Source: a virus (lineage: Duplodnaviria > Caudoviricetes). From it: a stretch of DNA of 64,000 nt. The notes beneath the pieces were generated by a model that did not search any database, was not told the DNA's origin, and saw only the letters and a program-made list of their open reading frames with translations. Positions 46,249-55,195 of this stretch are shown piece after piece. Positions within the stretch are counted from its first letter, which is position 1, and each line of letters begins with the position of its first letter. The stretch lies in IMG/VR virus record IMGVR_UViG_3300025000_000057; one strand, written 5' to 3'. Made by a program: the position numbers and the translations under genes.

Positions 46249-46932
46249 TTGATAGAACAAATGACATCACAAAGAACGTATGAAGGACGTAACCTTTCCG
46301 CCGATTTCAAAAAGAAGTATATTATCAGTCTTAAAGGAAAAGATCACATCTTGTTTAAAGGACTGGTACAGCTTGGTCATGCCAAAGGTATGAAAGGTCT
46401 TAAAACTAAGATAGTTTATTATCCCGATCAATCTAATAATTTTACTGCTGTAGCAGAATCATGTTTGATTGATACCGATGGTAACGAGTGGTCTGATATC
46501 GGTGATGCAACGCCTGCTAACTGTAACAACATGGTAGCACCGCACTTTATCAGAATGGCAAGTACTCGTGCTAAAGCCCGGGTATTGAGAGATTTCCTTG
46601 GTATCGATATGGTATGCTTTGAAGAGTTACTATCCCCTTGGGAGCAAAAGCCACTCACGGTACTGCAAAAACAGTATATGTCAGAAATTATGACTAAGAA
46701 AGGTCTCTCTGGCGAGCAAGTACGAGCACTTAGCATAAGTCTTTGTCATAAGAATGATGCCTCTAAGCTGACTGAAGAGGATGGCTGGGATATTATTAGT
46801 CATATAGAACGGTTGCCTAATGCGTCTGCACAAACGCCGGTACCAACTCAGGAAACTACACCTGTATCGCCAATGATTAATCAAACAGCGCCACTTGAAC
46901 CGTCAATTCCTGCAATACAGGAACCTGCTTGA
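46249..46932 (+). CDS. hypothetical protein, possibly a Rad52/Sak-like annealing protein
   Basis: RMASTRAKARVLRD motif and recombination context; the fold is an inference. Confidence 0.35.
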   Translation: MIEQMTSQRTYEGRNLSADFKKKYIISLKGKDHILFKGLVQLGHAKGMKGLKTKIVYYPDQSNNFTAVAESCLIDTDGNEWSDIGDATPANCNNMVAPHFIRMASTRAKARVLRDFLGIDMVCFEELLSPWEQKPLTVLQKQYMSEIMTKKGLSGEQVRALSISLCHKNDASKLTEEDGWDIISHIERLPNASAQTPVPTQETTPVSPMINQTAPLEPSIPAIQEPA

Positions 46933-47432
46933 TATATCGTATGTGGCTTTTAGCTTTTGTACTATTTTCTCTGATTACTTTCCCAAGCTACCTTTACGAA
47001 CAGCCTATTAAACATACGGTTTCGATATCGGCTCCGAAATTAATACCTGTATCGAAACCTATACAGGATGTAAAGGTTACGGAAGTTAAAACGGAGATTA
47101 GAAAAACATTTAAGGTTGTAGCTACGGCTTATACTAAAAACGATCCTGGTATGGATGGTCGTGGTATAACTAAGAATGGTACAAAAGTAAAGCCCATCGA
47201 AAAACCTGACCCGGTTACTGGATTGACTACAATAGCAGCGCATCCAAGTTTCTTGTTACCGGGTACTATTATAGTTATCCCTGCATTATCTAACTACCCG
47301 AATAAAGGACGGTTTATCGTTGAAGATACTGGTGGTGCTATTAAACGTAACAAAATAGATATTTGTTTTGCTAGTCGTGGAAAAGCTATTAAGTTTGGTA
47401 TAAGAACACTTGAAGCATATAGGGAGGAGTAA
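46929..47432 (+). CDS. 3D-domain cell-wall protein with an N-terminal anchor
   Basis: ATAY, IAAHP, VEDTGGAIK.NKIDI. Confidence 0.85.
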   Translation: MIYRMWLLAFVLFSLITFPSYLYEQPIKHTVSISAPKLIPVSKPIQDVKVTEVKTEIRKTFKVVATAYTKNDPGMDGRGITKNGTKVKPIEKPDPVTGLTTIAAHPSFLLPGTIIVIPALSNYPNKGRFIVEDTGGAIKRNKIDICFASRGKAIKFGIRTLEAYREE

Positions 47433-47796
47433 GCATGTGAGTTACTACAAATATCTTGATAGCAAATTGCCAAGCTGCGGTGGATATAAACCAGAACCAA
47501 AGTTAAAGAAGTTTATAGTCACAGCGAGACCATATGAAAGAGCTGTTGATAAATTAGTACCTGGAGAATTATTCTCCGTGATGGGTACTTATGATGCTAT
47601 CGATTCTAATGCCGCTTATTTAGCTTTTCTAGACGAATACTGTAAAGATATCCGAGATGCCCAACGGTTCTATCCAGATGTATATGTAATCGAAATATCC
47701 GAAACTGCAAGTAAATATAGCTTGCATGATACCTTTGGTAAATTAGCAAAGTTTCCTAACCCGGGTTTATTTACAGAAGAAGATCGTTACTACTAA
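47410..47796 (+). CDS. hypothetical protein
   Basis: GGAGGAG SD. Confidence 0.55.
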   Translation: MKHIGRSKHVSYYKYLDSKLPSCGGYKPEPKLKKFIVTARPYERAVDKLVPGELFSVMGTYDAIDSNAAYLAFLDEYCKDIRDAQRFYPDVYVIEISETASKYSLHDTFGKLAKFPNPGLFTEEDRYY

Positions 47797-47800
47797 GGCG

Positions 47801-50263
47801 GTGAAATGTGTGGATTTAAAAGAAATAACAAAAGATTTAACCGAACATTTACCTAGCGTAAGTGATGAGCAATTTGAAAAAGAATTAATCGAAGCTGGTA
47901 TAGAAGGGTGTCCTAATATTCAGGGACGTACTAATTTGAAGATTGGAGTTATCAATGATACTCACATCCGAGAAACTAACCCTAAATCTCGGAAGGATGA
48001 TTACATTGTAGCCCTTCTAAAGAAGTACATGGAAGTTGGAGAACTTATTCAGACCTATCAAATTGATTTACTTGTACATACAGGTGATATGTTTGACGGC
48101 CCTCGTATTGATAATGAGATCTCCGGCTTATTTGCAGGAATTATGAAAGAGTATCTCTGTCCTATGGTGGTTGTACCAGGTAATCACGATATCTTTGGTT
48201 ACAGTATGCAAAATATCAATAAAACAACACTTGGTTTATTAGCAAAAGCCGGAGTGTTTAATCTATTAACCAGAGCCACTCCTACAACCTGTAAAACTAA
48301 TGATGGACTGGTAGTATCAATTCAGGGACAGGAGTTTACACCTGATGTAGATAAGAATCCGGATAAGTATATCGTAGATATAGATCTCTCAGCACAGTAC
48401 CACGTTCTCTTTGTACATGGTAACATTCTGGATAAACCAGGGCCACCGAATATGGATTATGTATTAGCAGACGATATTCCTGCAAGTAATACTCCATATC
48501 CTGCAATCATATGTGCAGGACATTATCATCCTGGTTTTAAGACAATGCAAAGTAAGAACAATCCGTTTATCATTAACAACGGTAGTATGGGTAGAAACTC
48601 TGCCAGTGTAGATGTACAAACCAGAATACCAGGTATGACTATCCTGGAGTTTGATAAGAATGGCTGGAAAGAAAACTTCGTAGAGTTTAAATCAGCTCAA
48701 CCCGGTATAGATGTATTCGATTTTAACACCAATGTACAAAAGAAAGCTAAGAGTAATTTTCTAAGTAATTTTAGACAAAGTTTAGCTAATACTGCTAATA
48801 TTAAGCCGTATGATGTTATGAAGATCTTAAATGAAAAGGCTAGTAAGGCAGGTTGTTTAACTAAGTGTCTTAAGATGCTAAGTGATGCCGACGCATTACA
48901 TGCTCAGGTAACACAAAAGTTACAGGGATATGTAGATTGTGGTTATACCAAGCGTATTACTCGTATCGAGATCGAGAATTTCATGAGTCACAGTAATACG
49001 GTAATCGATCTTAACCCTGAAACGAATATGTTTGTCGGGCCAAGTAATAATGGCAAATCCGTTATTATAAGGTTAGTTCGCTGGGTATGCTTTGACGATC
49101 CTAAAGGTGCTGACTTTATAAAACTTGGTGAATCTAAAACCCGTGGTAAAATCTACTATGATGATGGTACCTGGATTGAACGTGAGAGAACTAGGTCGGC
49201 TGCCGGTACCTTAAAGGTTTTTGATGGCAAGCAAGTATATGACTTTACTAAGTGGGGGCATCAAATCCCAATTGAAGTACTTAACGTACACCAAATGCCG
49301 GACGTTATCTTAGCTAAAGATAAGCGTATAAACCTTTCAGTTTCCGAGCAACTTGACGCTCCATTCTTATTGTCTGAAAGTCCATCTATCCGGGCAGCTA
49401 TAATTGGTACATTAGCCGGACTTGATGCATTCGACGTAGCTATCAGAGAAAATAGTAAAGGTATTGCCGGTATACAAAAAGGTATCAAGGAAAAAGAAAA
49501 GATAGTAAGTGATTTTATAAATAAACTTGGTACGTTTACCGATCTATCTGATATGGAAACAAAGATCGCTTCGGCTACCGTCGGTATCGATGTTATCGAA
49601 GAACTTACAAATACAGTCCAAGATATAGACCAAGCAATAAAAGACTTTACAGCAATGAATACCAATATAGCTACAAGTGACGCTGAATTAAAACGTATTA
49701 AAGCTATCGATGCAGCTAAACTCTTAGTTCTACTGGATAACGCTAGTGATATAGATGTAGAAGTTGCATGGCTTAACGAAGCTCTTGACAAAAGTCTCAC
49801 CCTGAATAAATATATCCAGGGATATCAAGAAACACAAGCTTCCTTGCCTAATATAACAGGGTTACTCGATCTTATAGACCAAGGATTACCTCTTGAGGAT
49901 GATATAAAAGAGCTTACTGATTTTATATCACAGTCAGAGCATCTACAATCAGAGATGGTTCGGGTACAACAAAGTCTTAATAACATACCAAATACTAATG
50001 GACTCTCTGACTATCTATCTCTGGCCGAGCAGCTGAATCCACAGATCGAAGAGATTGATATATTTCAAAGAGATATATCTACCATCTACACTCATATTAA
50101 CACTACCAAAAGTAATCTCTCAGATACTATAACAGCATCTAAAAGAATAAGAGATACTTATACAGCTTCCCTAAGAGAAGCTAAGGTATGTGGTGAGTGT
50201 TTTAGTATCCTAGACGATGCCCGGATAGCACTAATACTTGATAATGTAACGGGGGTAAGATAA
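47801..50263 (+). CDS. SbcD/Mre11 nuclease fused to the N-terminal half of SbcC/Rad50
   Basis: NDTH, TGDMFD, PGNHD, AGHYH; then RIEIENF, Walker A GPSNNGKS, coiled coil, CGEC hook near the C-terminus. Confidence 0.88.
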   Translation: MKCVDLKEITKDLTEHLPSVSDEQFEKELIEAGIEGCPNIQGRTNLKIGVINDTHIRETNPKSRKDDYIVALLKKYMEVGELIQTYQIDLLVHTGDMFDGPRIDNEISGLFAGIMKEYLCPMVVVPGNHDIFGYSMQNINKTTLGLLAKAGVFNLLTRATPTTCKTNDGLVVSIQGQEFTPDVDKNPDKYIVDIDLSAQYHVLFVHGNILDKPGPPNMDYVLADDIPASNTPYPAIICAGHYHPGFKTMQSKNNPFIINNGSMGRNSASVDVQTRIPGMTILEFDKNGWKENFVEFKSAQPGIDVFDFNTNVQKKAKSNFLSNFRQSLANTANIKPYDVMKILNEKASKAGCLTKCLKMLSDADALHAQVTQKLQGYVDCGYTKRITRIEIENFMSHSNTVIDLNPETNMFVGPSNNGKSVIIRLVRWVCFDDPKGADFIKLGESKTRGKIYYDDGTWIERERTRSAAGTLKVFDGKQVYDFTKWGHQIPIEVLNVHQMPDVILAKDKRINLSVSEQLDAPFLLSESPSIRAAIIGTLAGLDAFDVAIRENSKGIAGIQKGIKEKEKIVSDFINKLGTFTDLSDMETKIASATVGIDVIEELTNTVQDIDQAIKDFTAMNTNIATSDAELKRIKAIDAAKLLVLLDNASDIDVEVAWLNEALDKSLTLNKYIQGYQETQASLPNITGLLDLIDQGLPLEDDIKELTDFISQSEHLQSEMVRVQQSLNNIPNTNGLSDYLSLAEQLNPQIEEIDIFQRDISTIYTHINTTKSNLSDTITASKRIRDTYTASLREAKVCGECFSILDDARIALILDNVTGVR

Positions 50264-50998
50264 ATGGATAATAAAACTAGGCCGGGTGCAGTTAAACAAA
50301 TAGCTCCTCAGGTTAAACCTAGACAGATACAGCGACACGTTCGTTTTATACCTACCGAGGATGGTAATGGTGTAACCATTGAAATTGATGCAGAGAGTTT
50401 ACCATTTAATCTGCGCCGTTACGCCGCTCAGCTGGCTGGTAATTTACGAATGAGGTACCGTGATTCTCGTCTTACTAGGCAGGTAAAACGAGAAATAGAG
50501 CGCGAGGTGTGCCGTTGGATAACGAAATATAAAGATCCTGGCTTCATTAAGTGGGATGGTCAAGATAAGTTTGAACTTATTAAAACCAAGTTCCCAGTAC
50601 ACTTGCAAGATAAACTAAAGAATCTTGCAGACTTAATGAATCTTGTGTTCTATGAGTATCCAGACACCGAAGAAACCAGGCAGATTATGCTTTTGTTTAT
50701 TCAAGAATGGATTGAAACAAACTCTCTGGTATTACCTAGTGAAGTACAGAATATTCATGAAGATATTCTGACAACCATTAGGGATGAGGTTGGTGACAAT
50801 CCTATCGAAACTACAGAGACTCGTGAAAAAGTATCAGCACTTATCATGAACTTGGTAAGAAAGAAAAGGGAGGAGTTACTACATGAGCGAATCATTGAAA
50901 CAGCTAAAAGCGCAGGTACAGGAAATTCAGCTCCAAGAAGTGAGATTGACGGAGAACCTGAACAATCTGCAGAACCAGTATCAGGAACTGATCAATAG
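50264..50998 (+). CDS. hypothetical protein
   Basis: ORF inside the split Sbc locus. Confidence 0.65.
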   Translation: MDNKTRPGAVKQIAPQVKPRQIQRHVRFIPTEDGNGVTIEIDAESLPFNLRRYAAQLAGNLRMRYRDSRLTRQVKREIEREVCRWITKYKDPGFIKWDGQDKFELIKTKFPVHLQDKLKNLADLMNLVFYEYPDTEETRQIMLLFIQEWIETNSLVLPSEVQNIHEDILTTIRDEVGDNPIETTETREKVSALIMNLVRKKREELLHERIIETAKSAGTGNSAPRSEIDGEPEQSAEPVSGTDQ

Positions 50999-51467
50999 AG
51001 TATCGGCTAAGGGTTATAACTATCAAAACCTACAGGCCGAGAGAGATGAACGTATTCAGAAACGAGATCAGCTGAAGCAATATGTATCTGACGTACTGAC
51101 TGGTAAGCAGATAGAGCCTCCAGTGTTTAATACACCGGAACCCGTACAAACACCGGTAGAACAACCTGTGCAGCAAGTAGCTCAACAACTGGTAATGCAA
51201 GAACATGTACCACCGGTAATGCAAGAGTTTTGTGAAAGTGGACAGTCTTTACCCAATATTCCTATAACGGGAGAAGAGTATATGTTGCCAGAGCAACAAC
51301 ACCCAACCTTTGATAGTTTTCTTACACAAGGAGGGTCTCAGGAGAACTCACCTTTACCGGAATCCGTTGCAGGTGTATCGAGTTGGCCACTCCCGAATCT
51401 AACTCCTCCTACTGAAGGTGATTCAACCTTGCAACCTAAAAACTCTGTAATGGATTTTCCATTCTAG
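50883..51467 (+). CDS. coiled-coil protein with a Q/P-rich tail ending DFPF
   Basis: GGAGG SD; heptad-like N-terminal ~70 aa. Confidence 0.65.
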   Translation: MSESLKQLKAQVQEIQLQEVRLTENLNNLQNQYQELINRVSAKGYNYQNLQAERDERIQKRDQLKQYVSDVLTGKQIEPPVFNTPEPVQTPVEQPVQQVAQQLVMQEHVPPVMQEFCESGQSLPNIPITGEEYMLPEQQHPTFDSFLTQGGSQENSPLPESVAGVSSWPLPNLTPPTEGDSTLQPKNSVMDFPF

Positions 51468-51490
51468 AGTGTTAAAGGAGACATACGCTC

Positions 51491-52165
51491 ATGATATCTA
51501 CTATAGATTTAAAAGAGCAGCTTGAACAATTAAAAGCAAGTTACAACAGCCGTCTAGGTGAAAAGAAAGGCATTGAAGAACAGATTGTATCTCTGGATAA
51601 ATCCGTTCTTGAAGATAAGGTCTCCATTGCAGACTTTGAAGCTATAGGTCTGGTACTCCAGGATACTACCGATGAAGCTCGTAAAGTGTATTCTGATAAT
51701 CTAGCCCTTGTCGTAACAAGTGCATTACAACACACCTTTGGGCCGGATTTTAGATTAATCATTGAACATAAAGAATCTCGGGGTAAACCTGAGATACACT
51801 TCTACGTTGAGCATGAGCTGGGTAATAAGATTATCAAAAGTTCGCCTGAAAAGAGTATGGGTGGCGGCGTAGTTGATATCGTAGCATTTGCTCTACAAGT
51901 AGCTGTCAAGAAACTCTGTAAGGAACCGGCCCAAAATGGCTGTATGATTCTTGATGAGCCCGCTAAGATGGTTAGTCAGAACTTCGCTATTAAGTTAGGT
52001 CAATTCATCCAGTTTATTAGTAAGGAATTTGACATACAGATAAACGGTGTTACACATCAGCAATACTTGGCCGACCAAGCGAGTAAATGTTTTGATGTAA
52101 ATATCTATAATGGCAGTAGCGTAGTTAAAGAAAAGATACCTGTAATAGCACCGGTGGGGCCCTAA
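51491..52165 (+). CDS. C-terminal half of the SbcC/Rad50 ABC ATPase
   Basis: signature-like SMGGG, Walker B ILDEP, H-loop VTHQ; no Walker A. Confidence 0.85.
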   Translation: MISTIDLKEQLEQLKASYNSRLGEKKGIEEQIVSLDKSVLEDKVSIADFEAIGLVLQDTTDEARKVYSDNLALVVTSALQHTFGPDFRLIIEHKESRGKPEIHFYVEHELGNKIIKSSPEKSMGGGVVDIVAFALQVAVKKLCKEPAQNGCMILDEPAKMVSQNFAIKLGQFIQFISKEFDIQINGVTHQQYLADQASKCFDVNIYNGSSVVKEKIPVIAPVGP

Positions 52166-52222
52166 TAAGGTAAAATTTCTATATATATTTGCAAAGAATT
52201 ATGAATAGGAGGGAAACTTTCC

Positions 52223-52375
52223 ATGGCTGACAAAGAATGTACTTGTGGTGGTAAGTGTAAAGACTCAGACTGTAAATGTAAGAAAGAGCAAATTATTATT
52301 GGCAATAATGATATGGGTAAGCTTGATGTAACCATAGGTAAAGACGGTCAACCGGTAATAAAGATTACTGATTAA
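52223..52375 (+). CDS. 50-aa Cys-rich peptide
   Basis: AGGAGG SD; MADKECTCGGKCKDSDCKCKKEQ...; stop overlaps the next ATG. Confidence 0.65.
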   Translation: MADKECTCGGKCKDSDCKCKKEQIIIGNNDMGKLDVTIGKDGQPVIKITD

Positions 52376-52674
52376 TGCATCTAAAGACTATCAGTTTACC
52401 GAAGCTCAATAACCTAACTCCTACATTAGAATCAACTACCCTTAAATTAATGGAGGAGTCGGGAGAGCTTGCTCAAGCTATAGGCAAACTTCGAGGCATG
52501 AGTGGCGAGACGCCTAATAAGGAATGGTTGCAGTCTGCGGCAAAAGAGCTTTTTGATGTAGCTCAAACAGCTATATCTATGATGTTTGTACTAGAAGATC
52601 AGTACGGCATCAATATAGAAGAAGCTCGTGATACTCATATCAAAAAACTCATATCTAAAGGATATATTAAATAA
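52375..52674 (+). CDS. MazG-like nucleotide pyrophosphohydrolase
   Basis: KLMEESGELAQAIGK, ELFDVAQ. Confidence 0.85.
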   Translation: MHLKTISLPKLNNLTPTLESTTLKLMEESGELAQAIGKLRGMSGETPNKEWLQSAAKELFDVAQTAISMMFVLEDQYGINIEEARDTHIKKLISKGYIK

Positions 52675-52727
52675 ACATTCCCCGGTCTTGTGCCGGGGAT
52701 AGCCTTATACGAGGCGGAAAGGGTGAT

Positions 52728-53690
52728 ATGGATATAAATTCTATGTCTGTTAATGTACAGACAAATATTAATTGCAACTTTAAGTGCGATCATTGTTTTT
52801 ACAATTGCTCACCTAATTGTAAAGGTGTTATGACAGATGAAACAATATGGAATATTAATCGTCTTGTCTCTGAAGCTATAAGTGTATACGACGCGCCTAT
52901 ATTAGACTATAACTTCTTTGGTGGAGAACCTTTCTTAGTACCCAAAGTACTAGACCGTGCAATCGAGATTCTCTGTAGAAGGGTAAAAGATTATAATACC
53001 ATGATCTTTATTAGTACAAATGGTTCTTTTGTATTAAAGAAAGATAGACTCGAACTTGTTGTTAAACTCATGGAAACTTATCAGGAACTATTTAGTATGC
53101 GAATTAGTAATACAATCTGGCATCAAAAGTACAGGTCAAAACATATGGAAACTCTGTTACGAAACCTTGCTGAACTCTTAAATTACCCATATGAAGACGA
53201 GAAACTGGTTGAGAAATTCGGATTTGAAGAGGTACTATACTGGTTTGAAGATAATCCTTACGGTATTTTTATAGATTCAGAATTACATGGTGAGGGTATT
53301 AGCCATCTAAATCGATTACTTAAGCCACATAATGTCGCTTTACCTATTGGACGTGCGGCAAAAACCGGAGTATTTAATAGCGATTTTAGTGAAAATGCTA
53401 CTTGCTCTATATCACGAGGTGTCCAAGATATTGAACAAAATGAACTAATTTTCACAGTTCATTGGAATGGCGATATTGGCCCCTGTTGTTATGGCGGTGG
53501 CGGGGTTGTCGCAAATATAAATGAGGTACGTGATTTTGCAGATTATTTAGAAAGATATAAGAGATTTGCGGAAGTATTTGAAAAGAAGATCGGTAATCGA
53601 GCTACCTGGAGTGACTGTAAGCAGTGTAGAAACATTAACTTAAGAGGAGGACTAAAAGAATGGTCAATACAGCAAGCGACCAATCAGTAG
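52728..53690 (+). CDS. radical SAM enzyme with SPASM/twitch-like C-terminal cysteines
   Basis: CNFKCDHC, GGEPF, STNG; CSIS...GDIGPCC...CKQC. Confidence 0.9.
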   Translation: MDINSMSVNVQTNINCNFKCDHCFYNCSPNCKGVMTDETIWNINRLVSEAISVYDAPILDYNFFGGEPFLVPKVLDRAIEILCRRVKDYNTMIFISTNGSFVLKKDRLELVVKLMETYQELFSMRISNTIWHQKYRSKHMETLLRNLAELLNYPYEDEKLVEKFGFEEVLYWFEDNPYGIFIDSELHGEGISHLNRLLKPHNVALPIGRAAKTGVFNSDFSENATCSISRGVQDIEQNELIFTVHWNGDIGPCCYGGGGVVANINEVRDFADYLERYKRFAEVFEKKIGNRATWSDCKQCRNINLRGGLKEWSIQQATNQ

Positions 53691-54385
53691 TGAATATCGA
53701 CTTGATAAAGAATCTTACAGATAACTTTAGTCAAAGACTACTTAAGAATGGTTACAGTCAGGCTTCGGTATCTATAGGTGTCCATAAGGTAGGAGCCTTA
53801 ATGAAACACTCTTTAATAAGTGGACACGCTGCTCTTAAACAAAGATGCGATTATTGTCACATCTCTAAAGAATATGGTACTGGTATGGTATACGGATACG
53901 GCAATCCTAGTTCGCCTATCATGTTTATCGGAGAGGGCCCGGGAGAGCATGAAGATATGTTTAACTTACCATTTACAGGTATTGCTGGAGCTGCCTTAAC
54001 CATGTGGCTTGAAAAAATGCCATTAAGACGAGAGCAGGTCTATATTACAAATGTATTAAAGTGTCGTCCACTTAATAACCGAACACCCTCTACAGACGAG
54101 TGTACTACATGTATAAAAAGGTATCTGGAAGAAGAAATCAGAATGGTTAATCCTAAGATTATTGTAGCTGTAGGTGGTGTAGCTTTAAATGCGCTCCTTC
54201 CTGGCAAGAACCTTAAGATTACACAAATTCGCGGCCTTTTATGCTCTTATTGGCAGAATAATATAGAGTACAATGTTATGCCAATATATCATCCGGCGTA
54301 TGTACTCCGTAAGACCGGTGCTGATTTTACCACAGTCAATATAGATGTTTATAACGATCTACTGTTGGCGTACTCCAAGTTGTAA
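53660..54385 (+). CDS. family-4 uracil-DNA glycosylase
   Basis: C..C, GEGPG, PFTG.AG, NVLKCRP, HPA. Confidence 0.92.
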   Translation: MVNTASDQSVVNIDLIKNLTDNFSQRLLKNGYSQASVSIGVHKVGALMKHSLISGHAALKQRCDYCHISKEYGTGMVYGYGNPSSPIMFIGEGPGEHEDMFNLPFTGIAGAALTMWLEKMPLRREQVYITNVLKCRPLNNRTPSTDECTTCIKRYLEEEIRMVNPKIIVAVGGVALNALLPGKNLKITQIRGLLCSYWQNNIEYNVMPIYHPAYVLRKTGADFTTVNIDVYNDLLLAYSKL

Positions 54386-54396
54386 GGAGGAATTAC

Positions 54397-54681
54397 ATGG
54401 CTGTTATTATAGAGGGTAAGACAATTCGTGGAACTCTTAATGTAATCTTCAACAATGGTAAGAAAGGTCGGGTTCACGATGTGGGTGACGCATGGTTTCC
54501 ATTTAAACTTATCGAGGTCGACGGCCGACAATTTCATGTACGCCATTCGAATGGAGATTGGGCTGTAAAGGAATACATCAGAGATGAACTTCTCTTAGGA
54601 AAATTGGCCAATACTAACAAAGTATATGATGATAACGGTCATCCTTTGTATGATGAGACTACTATGATATTTAGGAGGTAG
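54397..54681 (+). CDS. hypothetical protein
   Basis: AAGGAGG SD. Confidence 0.6.
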   Translation: MAVIIEGKTIRGTLNVIFNNGKKGRVHDVGDAWFPFKLIEVDGRQFHVRHSNGDWAVKEYIRDELLLGKLANTNKVYDDNGHPLYDETTMIFRR

Positions 54682-54689
54682 GGATAGTT

Positions 54690-54803
54690 ATGGAAAACAA
54701 TGCCTTTCATGTATGGATTATCATAATTACTTACGTCTTTGGTTTAATGAAAGGTGTATCAATAGTTTCATTCTATAATTTATTACATAGGAAAGGAAAG
54801 TAG
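54690..54803 (+). CDS. 37-aa membrane peptide
   Basis: SD-like sequence upstream; hydrophobic WIIIITYVFGL. Confidence 0.4.
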   Translation: MENNAFHVWIIIITYVFGLMKGVSIVSFYNLLHRKGK

Positions 54804-54808
54804 TTATT

Positions 54809-55042
54809 GTGATAAACTTAGCAATGGTATTTAACAATTGTACATGGCAACGTAAATTCAAGACACCTCCTAATGGTAGAGTAGTTGTTCGCTTTCGCGT
54901 CGGGGAAGAGTTGAGTGCGGCCCGTTATCTTGGTGGAAAATGGGAGAATACACGTAGTTTATCCCGTTCTTTATATTTGTGTAACGATTCAGAGGGGCCT
55001 CTATTATGCATAACAGAGGATAGATGTGAGAAAATACTGTGA
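54809..55042 (+). CDS. hypothetical protein
   Basis: ORF. Confidence 0.5.
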   Translation: MINLAMVFNNCTWQRKFKTPPNGRVVVRFRVGEELSAARYLGGKWENTRSLSRSLYLCNDSEGPLLCITEDRCEKIL

Positions 55043-55195
55043 CGAGGAGGTGGTATGTAAGTGAAACCTATCAATGATTCGTCTTAGCTAAATGTACGTT
55101 TTACATACCGATATCGTAAACTTACTGTTAAGTTACTGTTAAAGGAGTGGAGTTAATTGTTACAAATTAGTACAGAGGATACTGTTATTTAATCA

